Assembly (NCBI GenBank): GCA_905178155.1 | Contig: CAJINV010000003.1 | Coordinates: forward strand, 7,735,882-7,799,881 | DNA length: 64,000 nt | Source of the DNA: Amoebophrya sp. A120 | Taxonomy: Eukaryota > Protista > Dinoflagellata | Direction of reading: 5' to 3' | Shown: positions 10,405 through 22,830 of the stretch, one piece after another | Layout of the letters: each line of letters starts with the position of its first letter | How positions within the stretch are numbered: the first letter of the stretch is position 1 | The notes under the pieces: generated by a model | Database searches by the model: none | The model's input: the letters and a program-made list of their open reading frames with translations, nothing else | What the model was told of the DNA's origin: nothing | Made by a program: the position numbers and the translations under genes

Positions 10405-13400
10405 ATGCCTCCTATGAGCAGCGTCATGGACGAGCCAGAGTTGCCAACACCGCAAAAAACCGGGGAGGAAGGCTTTGAACCGGAGGCTAATGCCGGCTTC
10501 AGTACTGCAACGTTTTATTTTCTTGCGATTTCTTACTCTTCTTATTGTTTGTATCTTGAAACGTACTAGCGGTAGAAATTCATTTACCCGAATTCATTTC
10601 GAGAAAGCAGAATTCGCTAGTAAGTGTAAGTATGGTAATGTCAACGCGGACTCACTCTCAAAATTCAGTACCAAATAACAAATCACACAGAATCGCCGGT
10701 GAAGACGCCCGCGGCGAAGGCGACTGATGGATTTTTCAAACTGTACAAGGTGAGCTCCTTTTCTAGTGACCTGGACAATGACTACAACCACATCACGCAG
10801 GAGGAAATTTCCAACTGGGAAACCGAGTACCGCCTGGACAACGGTGCGCAGGAAAAATGGAATCGCATGGATCTCGAAGACAAGCAGCGCATCGTCGCGC
10901 ACGGTACTACATTCGGAATTAATGTGGTTAGTTCGTACAAGAATTATTCCTTCGCTCTAGAAGATGTAGTTGGAATTATCTCATTGACGAATGCAGCACG
11001 ACCGAGTCAGAGTCACACTGCAAAACACCTTGAGAATAATTGCGCATGAGTTCTTGAGTGAGTAGTTTTGTTAACGACGGCTTTCTTGATGTCCTCTCAT
11101 GAATGTGTCTCCACAGGTCCGATCCAGGGTGACAATGCCAGTGCGAGCTTGATGGCGCGCGTCGCGCAGCTGAACGCCAAGAAGAGACAGAAATACGGCA
11201 AGGGCGGCGGAGGCGGTCGGGGGCCCGCCATCTTGCACCAGAACGGCAAGGGACCATACGGCAAAGGATTCCAAGGGAAAGGCTGGAACGTGCCGATGGG
11301 ATTCAAACGTACCTTTCATTTTTGTAGTGTTTGCAGCACAAAGACAAAGTTTGCATCTGACGAGTTTCCTTTCGGGTATCAAAAATTTATGCCTGCACAC
11401 CGCCCTAAGAAATCAAATAACATCAAAAACAGCGTCACGAAGCGGCTGGGACGGCTGGGGTGCAGAGTTCGGAACCGACACCGGAGCCGGCGAAGTCCCC
11501 GTTCTGCGATTGAAGCAAGTGCCGTACCAAGTCAGTGCAGAAGCGATTCACGACTGGTTTGGTCACCACAACAGAAACATCGTTGGCACGGTATAGAAAC
11601 AAGACAAATTTAATATTAGGTGCACGTGCATCGGCTCGTTTGCTTCGGCACTTAGTGGATTGAGCAGAAGTGTTATGCGGATAAATGTTTTGTAGCCGTT
11701 CCAGGGTGCTATCGACATTCAAAATTCTATGAAAATTTGAAAAAAAAGATCCGCATTGACCGGCAAAATGGTGTCGCGCAAGTAGAGTTTAGGAATCTGG
11801 GAATGGCCTACGCGGCAAAGGCTGCGAAGGACTCTGCGCCGTTGAAGGGACATATGGTGGACATCATCGGGCCCATGAAGATGGACGAAAACGGAGGTAC
11901 TGATGGCGTTTTCTGTCCGAGTGTTCAAGAAAGGTTATTGCAGAACGTGCTTTTTCTTTTTGCAGAGCGTGCACTTTAAAACAGGCATGGATGAAAAAAA
12001 ATCTGAAAACCAAATTTGACAGTTGTCGGCAATGTTTTGGAAGGCGAATTGAAGGACTTTTTCGACCACCTGGCAGCGGAAGGCGAGGACACGGAAGCGC
12101 TCAAAACCATATCGCACTGAAATTTTCAAAGCTTGTTGAGTTAATGCTTTCGTTGCGTTTTTCCGTGCAAAACGCTTGGGCAGAATAGTTTTCATGTTTT
12201 CAGTCCGTGCATCCGGGAAAGACAATTCAAGTACTTACTTCTCATGATGGACGATAAGCACAAAACTGCCAACAATGAAGTTTGACTCATCAAGAGGGGT
12301 TTCTTATCCTAGGATACTAGAACAGTGCGGAGATGCAGAGCAAATTTAACGAATGGAAGAACGCGAGGAAGCCGGCGGCGGCGGTCCAGCGACCGGCTGG
12401 AACGCACCGTGCGGCGTATAACCGCGGTATGCCGGTGCCGGACTTCGGATCACCACCCCAGGGCAAGGGCTACGGGTATGGAGAGAAAAAAGTTTGTCAC
12501 AATCACTAAATTGCAGGTTTTGCATTACAAATTTTCTCAGCATCACAAACTTTCCTTGTATTGCAGAAACACTAGGGAAATCCCTAATGAAGTTTGGCTG
12601 TGATGCATTTTTACGCATGACAAACAACAATTTTGTATTGCAAAAATGCGCATGAGTGATCGTGACGAACTTTTTTTCTTTGATAACGGGGGCGCCAAGG
12701 GCAGTAGCTTCGACGACGGTAGCTGGGGCAAGAAGGTATGCATTGCAAATATGTCTGTGTCTGGAAGAATGCATGGATGTTTGTCATGCTTGTCTGGCAT
12801 GACTCTTAAATCTGTTATGCACGTTACCCAAGAGCTCCATTTTTCTGTGATGCAGAGACGTAGTCTGTCATGCAGAATAGGCAACACCTAGAAGCTCAGA
12901 AACTTGTCATGCTGAGCCAGCATCTGTGGCCTCATCATGAGACGCCGCCCAGCATCACAAGTTTCCAGACCCAGACACTTTTACATTTGATAGAAGGGCG
13001 GAAAGAACAACTGGAGCCACAAGAACCGCGGAAAGGGCGACGGCTACAATCAGCGGGGCGGAGGGGACGACTACCACCAGGACCACGACAGCTGGGGCGG
13101 ACACCAGCAGTCCTGGGGCGGGGGTAAAGACGGCGGTTGGGGCAAAGGCGGAACCAACTACAATCAGGACTACCCGATGTCGGACATGCCGGGCAAGGGC
13201 TACGGGAAGAAAGGCAACAAGGGCGGCCAGCAGCACGACCACGGTGGCGGTGGTGGAAAGGAGGGAATGCTGGCCGCGGCGCTGATGCAGTTGCAGAGTG
13301 GCGGCGGCAACAGTGCCGGCAGCTCCTGGGGCGGTGGCAACAACAACGCCAACAGCGGCGGTGGTGACGTACTCGCCGGGTTACTCAGCGGTATGGGAGG

Positions 13401-14133
13401 GGGCAACCAGCAGCAACAGCAACGACCACAACCGCAGCAAAACAGTAAGAGAGATTAAACTTTTTAATTTATACAGTAGGTATCTTCATGGCCGACGACC
13501 TCATTTGGGCTTGTGGATGCACGAGAAAATGAACTACGGCACATTTCTGATTCTATGCTCTGTATGAACGAGACACCACTTTGTACGAAAAACGAAACGC
13601 ATTTCAGATGACGATGCCTCGGCATGGCTTGGACAGCTTTTGGGACCAGGTGCGGGAAGTGACAACAATAACGCAGGTATTAATGCGCCACAGTCATTGA
13701 GAAATCTGACGACTTTGCGTTTGCACACACAAAATAGCTAATACTTAATGTTCGACCACTGAGGACAGAACAACAAATACAAAAACAACAACTCAGGTGC
13801 TGCCCCGAACAATAACAATAACAACAATGACTGGTTTGCCAATATCATCGGCGGAGGTGACCAGAAGGGAGGAGGCAACAACTGGAATCAGCAACAGCAA
13901 GGAAATAACAACAACAATTGGGCTGGAGGGTACTTTGGCTTTGTCTTTGACTGCGGAATTTTCTTGGCATGAGCAAATTGTACGAATGTAGACAACTTCT
14001 GCGCAGAACAAAGGCACATTGAGAGTGAGACGACACAAAAAAATCATACCACAGAAACGCCAGCGGAAACAACAACGCGGGTCAATCCAGCGGCGGTGAT
14101 GATATGTCCTGGTTAGCGGGTCTCCTTGGGTAA
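10405..14133 (+). CDS. Multi-exon RNA-binding protein: helical domain, RRM and Gly/Trp/Asn-rich low-complexity tail
   Basis: Exon fragments VLRLKQVPYQVSAEAIHDWFG and IRIDRQNGVAQVEFRNLGMAYAA form an RRM. Later exons are G/K/W/N-rich and end ...WLAGLLG* at 14133. Many introns; exact structure not fully resolved. Confidence 0.6.
12477..12685 (+). mobile_element. TIR introner-like element, 209 bp, TSD ACGGG
   Basis: Ends TATGGAGAGAAAAAAGTTTGTCACAATCACT and AGTGATCGTGACGAACTTTTTTTCTTTGATA. ACGGG at 12472-12476 and 12686-12690. Removal gives in-frame GKGYGGAKG. Confidence 0.85.
12737..12992 (+). mobile_element. TIR introner-like element (CCAGACCCAGAC family), 256 bp, TSD GAAGG
   Basis: Ends TATGCATTGCAAATATGTCTGTGTCTGGAA and TTCCAGACCCAGACACTTTTACATTTGATA. 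GAAGG on both sides. Removal gives SWGKKGGKNNW. Confidence 0.9.
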
Positions 14134-15500
14134 TGCTCAGCTGAGGAACGATACAATGTACGATTTTTTTAGTAAGAAATGCACAATAAACAACGAGAAA
14201 AGGTGGATTACAGAATCCAGATCACGAATCCGAATGAATCCAAGATTAGCATCTCAATATGGAAACTACTAAATACCAAGAAATGAAAAATAAAAATTAT
14301 CGGGTTAGAAACAGAAATAGCAAAGTATTGCAATTGCGAAGATTCAATGTAACAAAGTAAGAAAGTTCTTCGTTCTCAGAACAGTAGCTAGAAATCGTGA
14401 GCATCACTCTGACGGTTAGCGGGAAGTTTACACGCTACTTTGAACTTCGTTTGACGCGGGCAGTTCAACTGCTATACGAAATCCAAGATTGATATTGACT
14501 CGAAGCGCCTGCAACAAATATTTCTAATGTTTCACAAAATGTTTACAAAAATCAAGCAATGTTCTGATTGTTTCGTTTCGATTTTATAAAACACTTCAAT
14601 GCACCGAGTGGACAAACTTTTCAATATTCATTTTCACTTGCTCAATATGCAGCCTATTTCCTCGCGTCGTGTAGTTCGCCCGACGTTGAAGATTGTCTGT
14701 AGTGCCTGAGCATTTATGAGCTAACTTTGCAGCCAAGAACAACGAGTTTAGCAATCACGGCATATTCGCTACGTGAACTACGCCTGTGCCGGCCGATCGA
14801 ATGCCGATTCTTGTTTTTCTCCAAGTTTCGTGCGATCGAGCAGGGCATCAGTGCGCCCTATTCCATGAAAAGCGAAGTCGTCTTCGAACTCCAACTCTAG
14901 GTTTACTGTATCTTACTATTTTGTGTATACCACCGTGTCAGTCGTTGCCTGTTCTCCAAAGACAGGCGGATGAAGACTGTCTTGCGAACTAGAACTTGTT
15001 GCGCGCGAGGAACTCTTTCCCCCGAAAGCTCGCCTGTACAGTGCCGGGATCGCTTTTCAGTCGATACAGTGATGCTCCTGTGCGCGATCAGTCGCTTCTC
15101 AAGCTGCATTTTCTGCGGAGAATAAGGAGAATTTTGGAACCTGAGCCGAGAAGCTTTATAAGCCGGATTTTCGCTACTGTGTTTTGTTTGGCGCGTTTTC
15201 TCAGCGGACGGTTGGCTGCGTCGCTTCGCCACTTTCTGACTTAGTCGAGGGACGTAGCAGAGAGGCTTTTACGATCTCGTTCAAATAATTCGGAACGGAA
15301 CACATCGTGAAGTCTGGTACGAAAAATCGGTCGAGTGTCTCTATCGGCCACACACAGTAGTCACTCAAAGTTGCGAAAGGGGAGCGAAAAATGTGCATCG
15401 AAACATGGCATCGTGGCGTTTTTTTCGTGATTGATCTTGTAAAAAAGCTAGCAAGAGGTTAATTCGAAAAGGTGCTGTATCGGCAAAGGAGATAAAGAAA

Positions 15501-17235
15501 ATGGGCATGTTGGCGGATTTTTTTCTTGGTGCCCCCGACCCAGCGGCTTTGTCATCGCGGAAGAGTGTGGGGTCGGCGAGAATCACGAGTTCGTTTCTTG
15601 AAACATTTTTCGACGTTGCGATTGGGGGAAAGCCGGCGGGACGGATGACGTTCGAGCTGTTTGACAAGACGGTGCCGAAAACCGCTGAGAACTTTCGGGC
15701 ACTCTGCACAGGTACAGCTTTTTCTACCAAGTTCTCTTGCAAAAAAATGTCGTGAAGCAATTGGTTCTAAGTGTTTACGACCAAAGTAGGAAGGCGGTCA
15801 CTTTAGCACCGGACCTAAAAAAATTTCGTGGATGATTTTTAGGTCCCTTGTGCCAAAATAACAGATTTGGATAATTCAGAACTTGCAGAAGAATCAATTA
15901 TTCTGAACAGGTGAAAAGGGCGTTTCGTCGTACAGTCACCTGCCACTGCACTACAAGGGTTCCAAGTTTCACCGAGTGATTCCAGGCTTCATGGTCCAGG
16001 GGGGCGATTTCACGAACGAGGACGGGACGGGCGGCGAGTCCATCTACGGGCAGAAGTTCGCGGACGAAAACTTCCAACACGTCCACGAGGGCCCCGGAAC
16101 CCTCTCGATGGCGAACGCGGGCCCGAACACGAACGGCAGCCAGTTCTTCATCACCACGGAGCACACCCCCTGGCTGGACGGCCGCCACGTCGTGTTCGGG
16201 AAGTTGAAGACCGGGATGGTATCAAATACAAAAATGTCTGGGTCTGGAAGAGTGGAACTTGTAATGCTGTCTCTGGATTCCAAAAAAATCTGTGTTGCAT
16301 GAGTAGCAAAGGGGATGCAATTTTTGCTACGCTGAGAAGGCATTTGTCATGCGGAATAGGCATCAAAAAGCTCTCAAAAAATCTGTATTGCTAGGGTATG
16401 CATCACAGACATCATCGCTCATGCGAAACGTGCATGACAGCTGTCAGAATCTTCCAGACCCAGACATTTTTACAGTTGATAGATGGACGTGCTCCGCAAA
16501 ATCGAGGGCATGGGGTCCGACAGCGGCGAGCCGCAGGACGAGTTGACAATCACGGACTCTGGGGAGCTCGGCGTCTCCAAAGCATCCAGCAACAAGGACG
16601 CGCTCAGCAGCTTTCTCGAGGTAGAAGTAGGTCGTGCTGCGTCTTCACCGGGAGGAGCCACTGATGCATCAATAATTGCTCCTCCTCGCCTCAAGCGCAC
16701 AGATGATTTACGTATCAACAGTTTTCAAACAAGCCGCGGAAAGACCTCGTTCAATAGCGTCGCGGTCACTTCTCAGCCAGACCACGCGCAGCTGCACCCT
16801 GTTGCGGCTAGTACTGCTTCCCTTCTTGCGATCGACACCAAAGCGAAAACTTCACTTTCCAGGTCAACCTCGCCTGAAGGTCTGTTGCAGAAGATATCGG
16901 GACGTCCGGAGTTGTGTAGTTTCGATTCAGGAGGTGCTGCACAGGTGAACTGCCGCCGTAAGGAGCGACAGCACACAAGAAGAGCCTTTTCTTCGTTTCT
17001 TGTCGGAGATAGAAGAAAGACCAGAACTGCTTTTTTGTTTAGCCTGCCTGACTGGCTTACGGGCGACGTAAAACTCACGCCACACCGATATCCTCAACTA
17101 CCGAAGCCGTACTTTGTGGACAGTCACGAACGTGTTTGGCCCCCGCCTGATGACGACATCGAGCCAAAGCCGCCGGAGCAGGAGGGGGACGACTTTATCG
17201 GTATCGACATGGGTCTCCGCGATTTTCGAAACTAA
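15501..17235 (+). CDS. Cyclophilin-type peptidyl-prolyl isomerase with C-terminal extension (at least 3 exons)
   Basis: [36 protein letters not shown]|EKG...[16 protein letters not shown]...[34 protein letters not shown] intron 15712-15910 plus an element intron at 16220-16481. Confidence 0.92.
16220..16481 (+). mobile_element. TIR introner-like element (CCAGACCCAGAC family), 262 bp, TSD GATGG
   Basis: Ends TATCAAATACAAAAATGTCTGGGTCTGGAAG and CTTCCAGACCCAGACATTTTTACAGTTGATA. GATGG at 16215-16219 and 16482-16486. Removal restores cyclophilin [14 protein letters not shown]. Confidence 0.93.
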
Positions 17236-17734
17236 GTAGTGAGCTGTATCGTGTTTGTCCACGAGTTTTTTTGCTTTTTGTTTCTGTAATTTGTTTATGT
17301 TTTGCTGTCGCGGCTGCCAGGATATTCGATTTCCGAGAAACTTTGCTCGCAACAATTAATGATCGAAGTTTATTCGTGCGTTTCAAGTAGTACTTTTGCT
17401 TTTCGTTTCTCCCCTACATCGCTAACCTAGAGCTACTTTTGCGCAGCTTATTTCTAGCTGCAACTGGTTCATCCTTGCTCCGGAATTTGAGATGACGAAG
17501 TAGAAATTTGGAATTTGCGATTCGAAAAGGAAAGTGAAGTTTCTGCCGAAAATGCGAAAGGGAACGGATACGATTCGCAGTAGCGACCCGCGGGATACTT
17601 TCCTGACATTTTCGTATTTGTTCCTCTGCTCTTTTGTACGAATGTCAAATGGATGAACGCAACATTAACAACAATGCTTTTTTGGAAGTCGGGTTTCCGA
17701 AATTCGGCCACAAATTAGGCACGAGGCTGCGGCA

Positions 17735-20700
17735 ATGCCGGGCACTTCCCCCATGGCACCTACTGGTACCGCGCTGGAGTGGTGCGTGGAAGTGCTGTAT
17801 CCCAGCAAACCACGAACCTCCAAAGCGTCCACCCCTGTCGAGTTGCGTCTTCCCCCGCGGATCAGTCAGGAGCAAGTGTTGGAGGCGAGTCGTCTGCTCG
17901 CACGGTACGAGTCGGAGGCCTGGCAAGAGGGGATCTTCAAATGGAGACCCTTTTTTTGGAGTACGCTGTACGAGACTCCCCCGGCGTGGCTGGGGATGCT
18001 GCTCTGCTACGGGAAGGACGGCCCGCGCGCGGCCTACAACCGGTTTATCGCGATCGGCGGATTCCTCCCCGGCGATATCCAGGGCATCAACGGCAGTTGG
18101 GCCCTGGCGGTGCTGGTGCTGTGGATTTTGGTGCACATTGACCCAGCGCTGTTCTTCGCAGCCGGAAGCGGTACTAACAATCTGTACGCTTTCCACTGGA
18201 TGGACCTGGTCACCCTGCTCACCTTCCGCCTGATGCGCGCCTGTTCTGTCGGGATGAAGTATGGCTACTTCAACGACAGCGAGCTGGCCGTGATCAACAA
18301 CACGGCGGCCTACGGGGGCGAGGCCAAGATGGTGGCCCGGCGGCTGGGGGCCAGCATCTTTTTCGACGATGAAGGGGTGTTCGAATACTCGTTACTCGAG
18401 CAGTTGTTCCTTGCGAGTCTGCGTGCGAAGTGCCTCGGGGATCTGCGGGCCGCGGTTTTCACACCGGCCTCGGCCGCGGCGGCCGAGGCCGCAAGCATGA
18501 GCGCTGCCACGCGGCAACTACGGCAGTCCGACGTTGAGCTAAGGCGTGCGTGGGTGGAAGACTTCCTAGCGCAGACCGAGGTGATGCACGACCGCTCGTG
18601 CTACGAACGCGCAAAGAAACAGTGCCTCTTCCAGGTTGATTACGACTACGCGCGCGTGGGCAAGTTCGGAGACCTCGAGAGGCTGCTCAATCTGACGCAC
18701 GTGCGGGGCGATGAAATGCAAAATGAAGTAGATCAGACGACGGCGGAAATAAGATCTCACGAGCGTGTAGTCGTTGACTCAGAAGTCAATAGCTCGTCGC
18801 CCACTGCATGTCCCGTCGAACTACAACCAGCGACGCTTCCCGTGGGCGCGTTTCTGTACGCGCTCACCTGCCGGGCGTACCGTCCTCTACCGCCCCCGCG
18901 TCGCGGCCCACCGAACATTATCCGATTTTTGCTCTTTTCCTACCTTTGCATGTTCCTGTGCGGGTGCTGCACGCGCAAGCTGCAGTATGGCGTGTGGTTC
19001 GGCGACTCCGATGTGGAAATCTGGATGGGAGTCGGGCGCTACCTGACCATCGCGACACACAACTGGGTGATCCTCCTCTACGCCAGTTACCCCGTGATGG
19101 AAATGGGCCGGCGGTTGCGACTCGCAAAGATGCTGCTTGCTGTGTTTGGTGACGCACTGGCGCTCGCAGAGTTGGAGCAGAAGCACCGAAAAAGGAGAGG
19201 CAAAACAACGCCCCCGCCGGGCAGAATAGACCAGGCGGGCAGAATAGACACAGAAAGTGCCTCGAGAGGAAACTCTTCGTTTATCATGTCCACGAAAGAT
19301 GAACTTCTGTCATCCAGTCACGCCGCGGGCAAGAGTTCCAGCGCGGCGGAAGGAGTTAGAAAAGACCAAAGATTCTCGGTCACGTCTTTTCGTTCTGGCG
19401 GGACAACGCTATCCTCTGGGAGTTCTTTTGGGCCACCTGGAGATAGTTTTTCTTCGGCCAGGCGTCGGGGATCAAAATTTAAGGAAGTGTTGCAGGAGGT
19501 GAATGCCAGCGCGGATCTGGCTGGCGGCGACTTAATTGTTGGGACCGAGGTTCTGGAACGGCACCTGTCGCTGCAGGAGCAGGCGGTGCAGAAACTGACG
19601 GTCGCGTCGACGGTTTCCAAGGCGGTAGTCAAATTCAAAAGCTTGAAGAAAGCATCAAGTAACAACTCGAAAGTCTACGCCATCGCCGGCGCTCGTCCTG
19701 CCGGAGACGCAGCCGCTGTATACCAGCAAGGGTCCTCGTGCGAGAACGGAAATCGCGCTGGAGACGAGGAAGGAGAAGAGGCGCTCGGAAGAGAAAGCAA
19801 GGATTTTATCATCGCGACGCCCGAGGAACGTGAGGTTGGAACCGAGACGAGTACGAGGAAGACGGATTTACACACTGAGAAGATGTTGAACTCCGTCAAA
19901 AGCGAAGATGCGGAAGATTGGATTCGCGACGAGTCCCGACCAGCTGAGAACGCAGCGCCAACGACCGTGGACGACACAAGTCCACCAGAACCTGATACCT
20001 ATTCGGACTACGAATTTATCGCCCTTCATCCGATCGGTGTTGCCTCCACCTCCGACCTGATTGCGCTGCATACGACGCTAAAGACGGCCGGCACGGGCAC
20101 CTTTTTTCTGAACTTTGGAACACGCTACTCGTCGGCGTTTGCGCTCAATATCATCGCGTTTCTACTGTTCCATGCCGGCTTGCTGGTCTTCTTCATTTTG
20201 TCCACCGACCCCGTGCAAGGACAGCGCGGCACGGGGCCCTGGCGGTCCGCGCTGCACCTTCCGGTGTGCGTTGAGCTCGGATTCGCACTGCTCGTGACGG
20301 CCGCTTCGACGGTCGTTACAGTTACTTTAGGCGCGATGGCGAATTCCTGGCTGGAGCGCGTGCCCCTGCTGTTGCGCGGCATGCAGGCGCGAAAGCTCCG
20401 GCGGCTGCAGCAGCTCAAGCAGGAGACAAAAGCAACGGCTGCGGAACATGGTGGGCGGGAAGAGAAACCCACAAATGGTGCGGAGAAGCCCACAAATGGT
20501 GCGGACGCAACGACAAAGGAACTAGACGCCGAGCAAAAAGAAGCCGAAGAGTTTGTCAATTACGCCGAATACATGATAGAGGACATACTGATGCGGCACG
20601 AGATCGAACCCATTCGCTTCCTCTACATGCGCTGCACGTATACGGTGCTACAAGTCATGTATTCTCTGATCAGCGTGGTACTTAGTTCGCTGGTTTCCGC

Positions 20701-20764
20701 ACTTTTCACACGAGGATACATGTCTATCACTTCGACACAAACAACACAGAATCGATCAACCTAA
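17735..20764 (+). CDS. Large polytopic membrane protein of unknown family
   Basis: 1009-aa intact ORF with three clusters of hydrophobic segments separated by long hydrophilic, partly Ser-rich loops. Confidence 0.75.
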   Translation: MPGTSPMAPTGTALEWCVEVLYPSKPRTSKASTPVELRLPPRISQEQVLEASRLLARYESEAWQEGIFKWRPFFWSTLYETPPAWLGMLLCYGKDGPRAAYNRFIAIGGFLPGDIQGINGSWALAVLVLWILVHIDPALFFAAGSGTNNLYAFHWMDLVTLLTFRLMRACSVGMKYGYFNDSELAVINNTAAYGGEAKMVARRLGASIFFDDEGVFEYSLLEQLFLASLRAKCLGDLRAAVFTPASAAAAEAASMSAATRQLRQSDVELRRAWVEDFLAQTEVMHDRSCYERAKKQCLFQVDYDYARVGKFGDLERLLNLTHVRGDEMQNEVDQTTAEIRSHERVVVDSEVNSSSPTACPVELQPATLPVGAFLYALTCRAYRPLPPPRRGPPNIIRFLLFSYLCMFLCGCCTRKLQYGVWFGDSDVEIWMGVGRYLTIATHNWVILLYASYPVMEMGRRLRLAKMLLAVFGDALALAELEQKHRKRRGKTTPPPGRIDQAGRIDTESASRGNSSFIMSTKDELLSSSHAAGKSSSAAEGVRKDQRFSVTSFRSGGTTLSSGSSFGPPGDSFSSARRRGSKFKEVLQEVNASADLAGGDLIVGTEVLERHLSLQEQAVQKLTVASTVSKAVVKFKSLKKASSNNSKVYAIAGARPAGDAAAVYQQGSSCENGNRAGDEEGEEALGRESKDFIIATPEEREVGTETSTRKTDLHTEKMLNSVKSEDAEDWIRDESRPAENAAPTTVDDTSPPEPDTYSDYEFIALHPIGVASTSDLIALHTTLKTAGTGTFFLNFGTRYSSAFALNIIAFLLFHAGLLVFFILSTDPVQGQRGTGPWRSALHLPVCVELGFALLVTAASTVVTVTLGAMANSWLERVPLLLRGMQARKLRRLQQLKQETKATAAEHGGREEKPTNGAEKPTNGADATTKELDAEQKEAEEFVNYAEYMIEDILMRHEIEPIRFLYMRCTYTVLQVMYSLISVVLSSLVSALFTRGYMSITSTQTTQNRST

Positions 20765-20959
20765 ACATGGCAAACCACATCCGGAAACCGGCGGCCAACT
20801 CTTTTGAGTTATGATGCCCTGCCTCCGTAATGGCCATAGGCTCTGAGGGCTGAAGGATTTTTCATAGGACTAGGAAACATGAATCAACACTAAGAAGCCT
20901 TCCCTTGTCTCCCCTTCAATGTGGGAATACTAACTAACGCACTTTGATGCCATCTAGAT

Positions 20960-22830
20960 CCGATCTCCCACCCCCACCATCCTAACTATCAAGATTTTCA
21001 AATCAATATCAAATCTCCGAGAATGGCGGCATCTTCTCATTTCAAAATATTGGGGTCTTGATCAATGATCTCGATCTCTTCAATCATATACCGATGAATC
21101 TGGAATTGAAATGGATCATCTCGATTCCATTTTCATGGAATTTATGATTTGGATTTATCCATGAGAGGGATTGACATTGAGAATGCAAGGAAATTTTTAG
21201 GGGCTTGAATTTTTGACGCCAACCATGCCTGGGCATGCATAGAAACAAAGAAAGATCCAGGAGAGAATCTTTCTTCATGATGATGAAGAAAAAAATGCAT
21301 AATTTAGGTTATATTGTATAGGAAATTTTTAAAAGTTCTCAAATCGATGGAATGATTGAATTCATCAATCTTCAGAAATATTTATTGAAATAATGTGGGA
21401 TTCTTTCATATTCTTATCGATATTTTCCATTTGAAAATATTCCGAATAGGATCAAATTCCCATCACATAATCCGAGATATCATTTGCAAGATAAATTTGC
21501 AAAAAAATATCGATGTAGCAAAAGTGCTTAGTGGAACACAGAATGCAAATTTCCCGCGAAGATGAATTCACGGAGAACAAGAATTCTCAATTGTATTTTT
21601 TCCTTCAAGTTCTTATCATAGATGTTGTCACTTCAAGACTTACAGGCGTTCACAGTGCAGTGTGTGGCACGTCGTAGTTTCAAAGTTCCTAACTGTTTTT
21701 GGGTTCAAAATGGTTTTTGAAAGCAACACAAATTCATCATCATTGTTGTTGCCTCGTCAATTTCGCGCGCAATGAAGTCCAGATTACAATTTCTAGTGTT
21801 GGAAAACTGCTGCTACATTTTTTCGTACACAAGAGGAATTTCGTGACCTACTTCATTTTTCATTGTTGAGTGGAGTTTGTTGCTGTGGAGAAAAGATCTT
21901 CTCATGTTGTCCTCGCAAATCTGTAATGCTATTTTGCGCTTCGAACACGGTGAGAATGGTGCGCAGACGGTTTCTATGGACGCCCATCGCTACAATCGAT
22001 ATCTCTTTCGTGGATCAATCCGAATGGATTCCATATCTATATTTTCATGATAAATTGATTTTGAAAATATTGTGAAAAAATTCGAAATATTTTGGAGAAA
22101 ATGAATCGACTCAATCATCGAAAAATTTATTTTTGGAAAAATATCCATCCGAAAATTTTTGGAATATTCTTGAAATATTATACCATCTAAAATCTTCTCC
22201 CGATTTTATCAGAATGAATATCATTATCTTCCAAGAAATATCCGGATTCCCATCATGAAAAAAAATGCAAAAAACAAGAAAATATTTTCTTCCGAGGACA
22301 TCAATCGATCCAGATTCTGGATTCCAGAACCAAATCTTGATGTTATCAAGACATAAAGATCTGAAAGAAGATATTTCCATTTATTCGGATACATGGACAG
22401 AATCAATTTCTAATTTATTTTTAAATTTAGAATTTCATTCGAAATCGAATCCGATTCTGAATTATCAAATTCGAATTCATTCTTTTTTCTTTCGATCGGC
22501 AAATATTTATTCATGATTTATCGGAGAATATGATATTCAATCGATTCGATATCAGAAAAACGAAGATAAAACATAGATTCATTTCGATATCTATGATATT
22601 CGAATAGATGAAGAGATTCTATGATATATGAACAAATTTTCAAATTTTATATATTGAATTGAAATTGGATTTTAATCTCTTTCGGATGAGGAGGATTTTT
22701 TTTGGATCTGGACCCAATTTTGAACGAAAGAAGTGGAATTATTCATGACTTAAATCTTTGTCACACCTGGATAATCAGAAATCATATTCATCGAAATTGA
22801 CATGAGAAGCTCAGGCATATCATATGCCAA
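20960..22830. other. AT-rich, GAT/ATC- and GAA/TTC-rich non-coding island at the convergent strand switch
   Basis: Abrupt compositional change visible in the sequence; only short ORFs. Confidence 0.7.

Noticed and set aside
20960-22830. Transposase, viral gene or organellar insertion in the AT-rich island
   Set aside because: Only short ORFs and no recognisable motif; kept as a compositional finding only.
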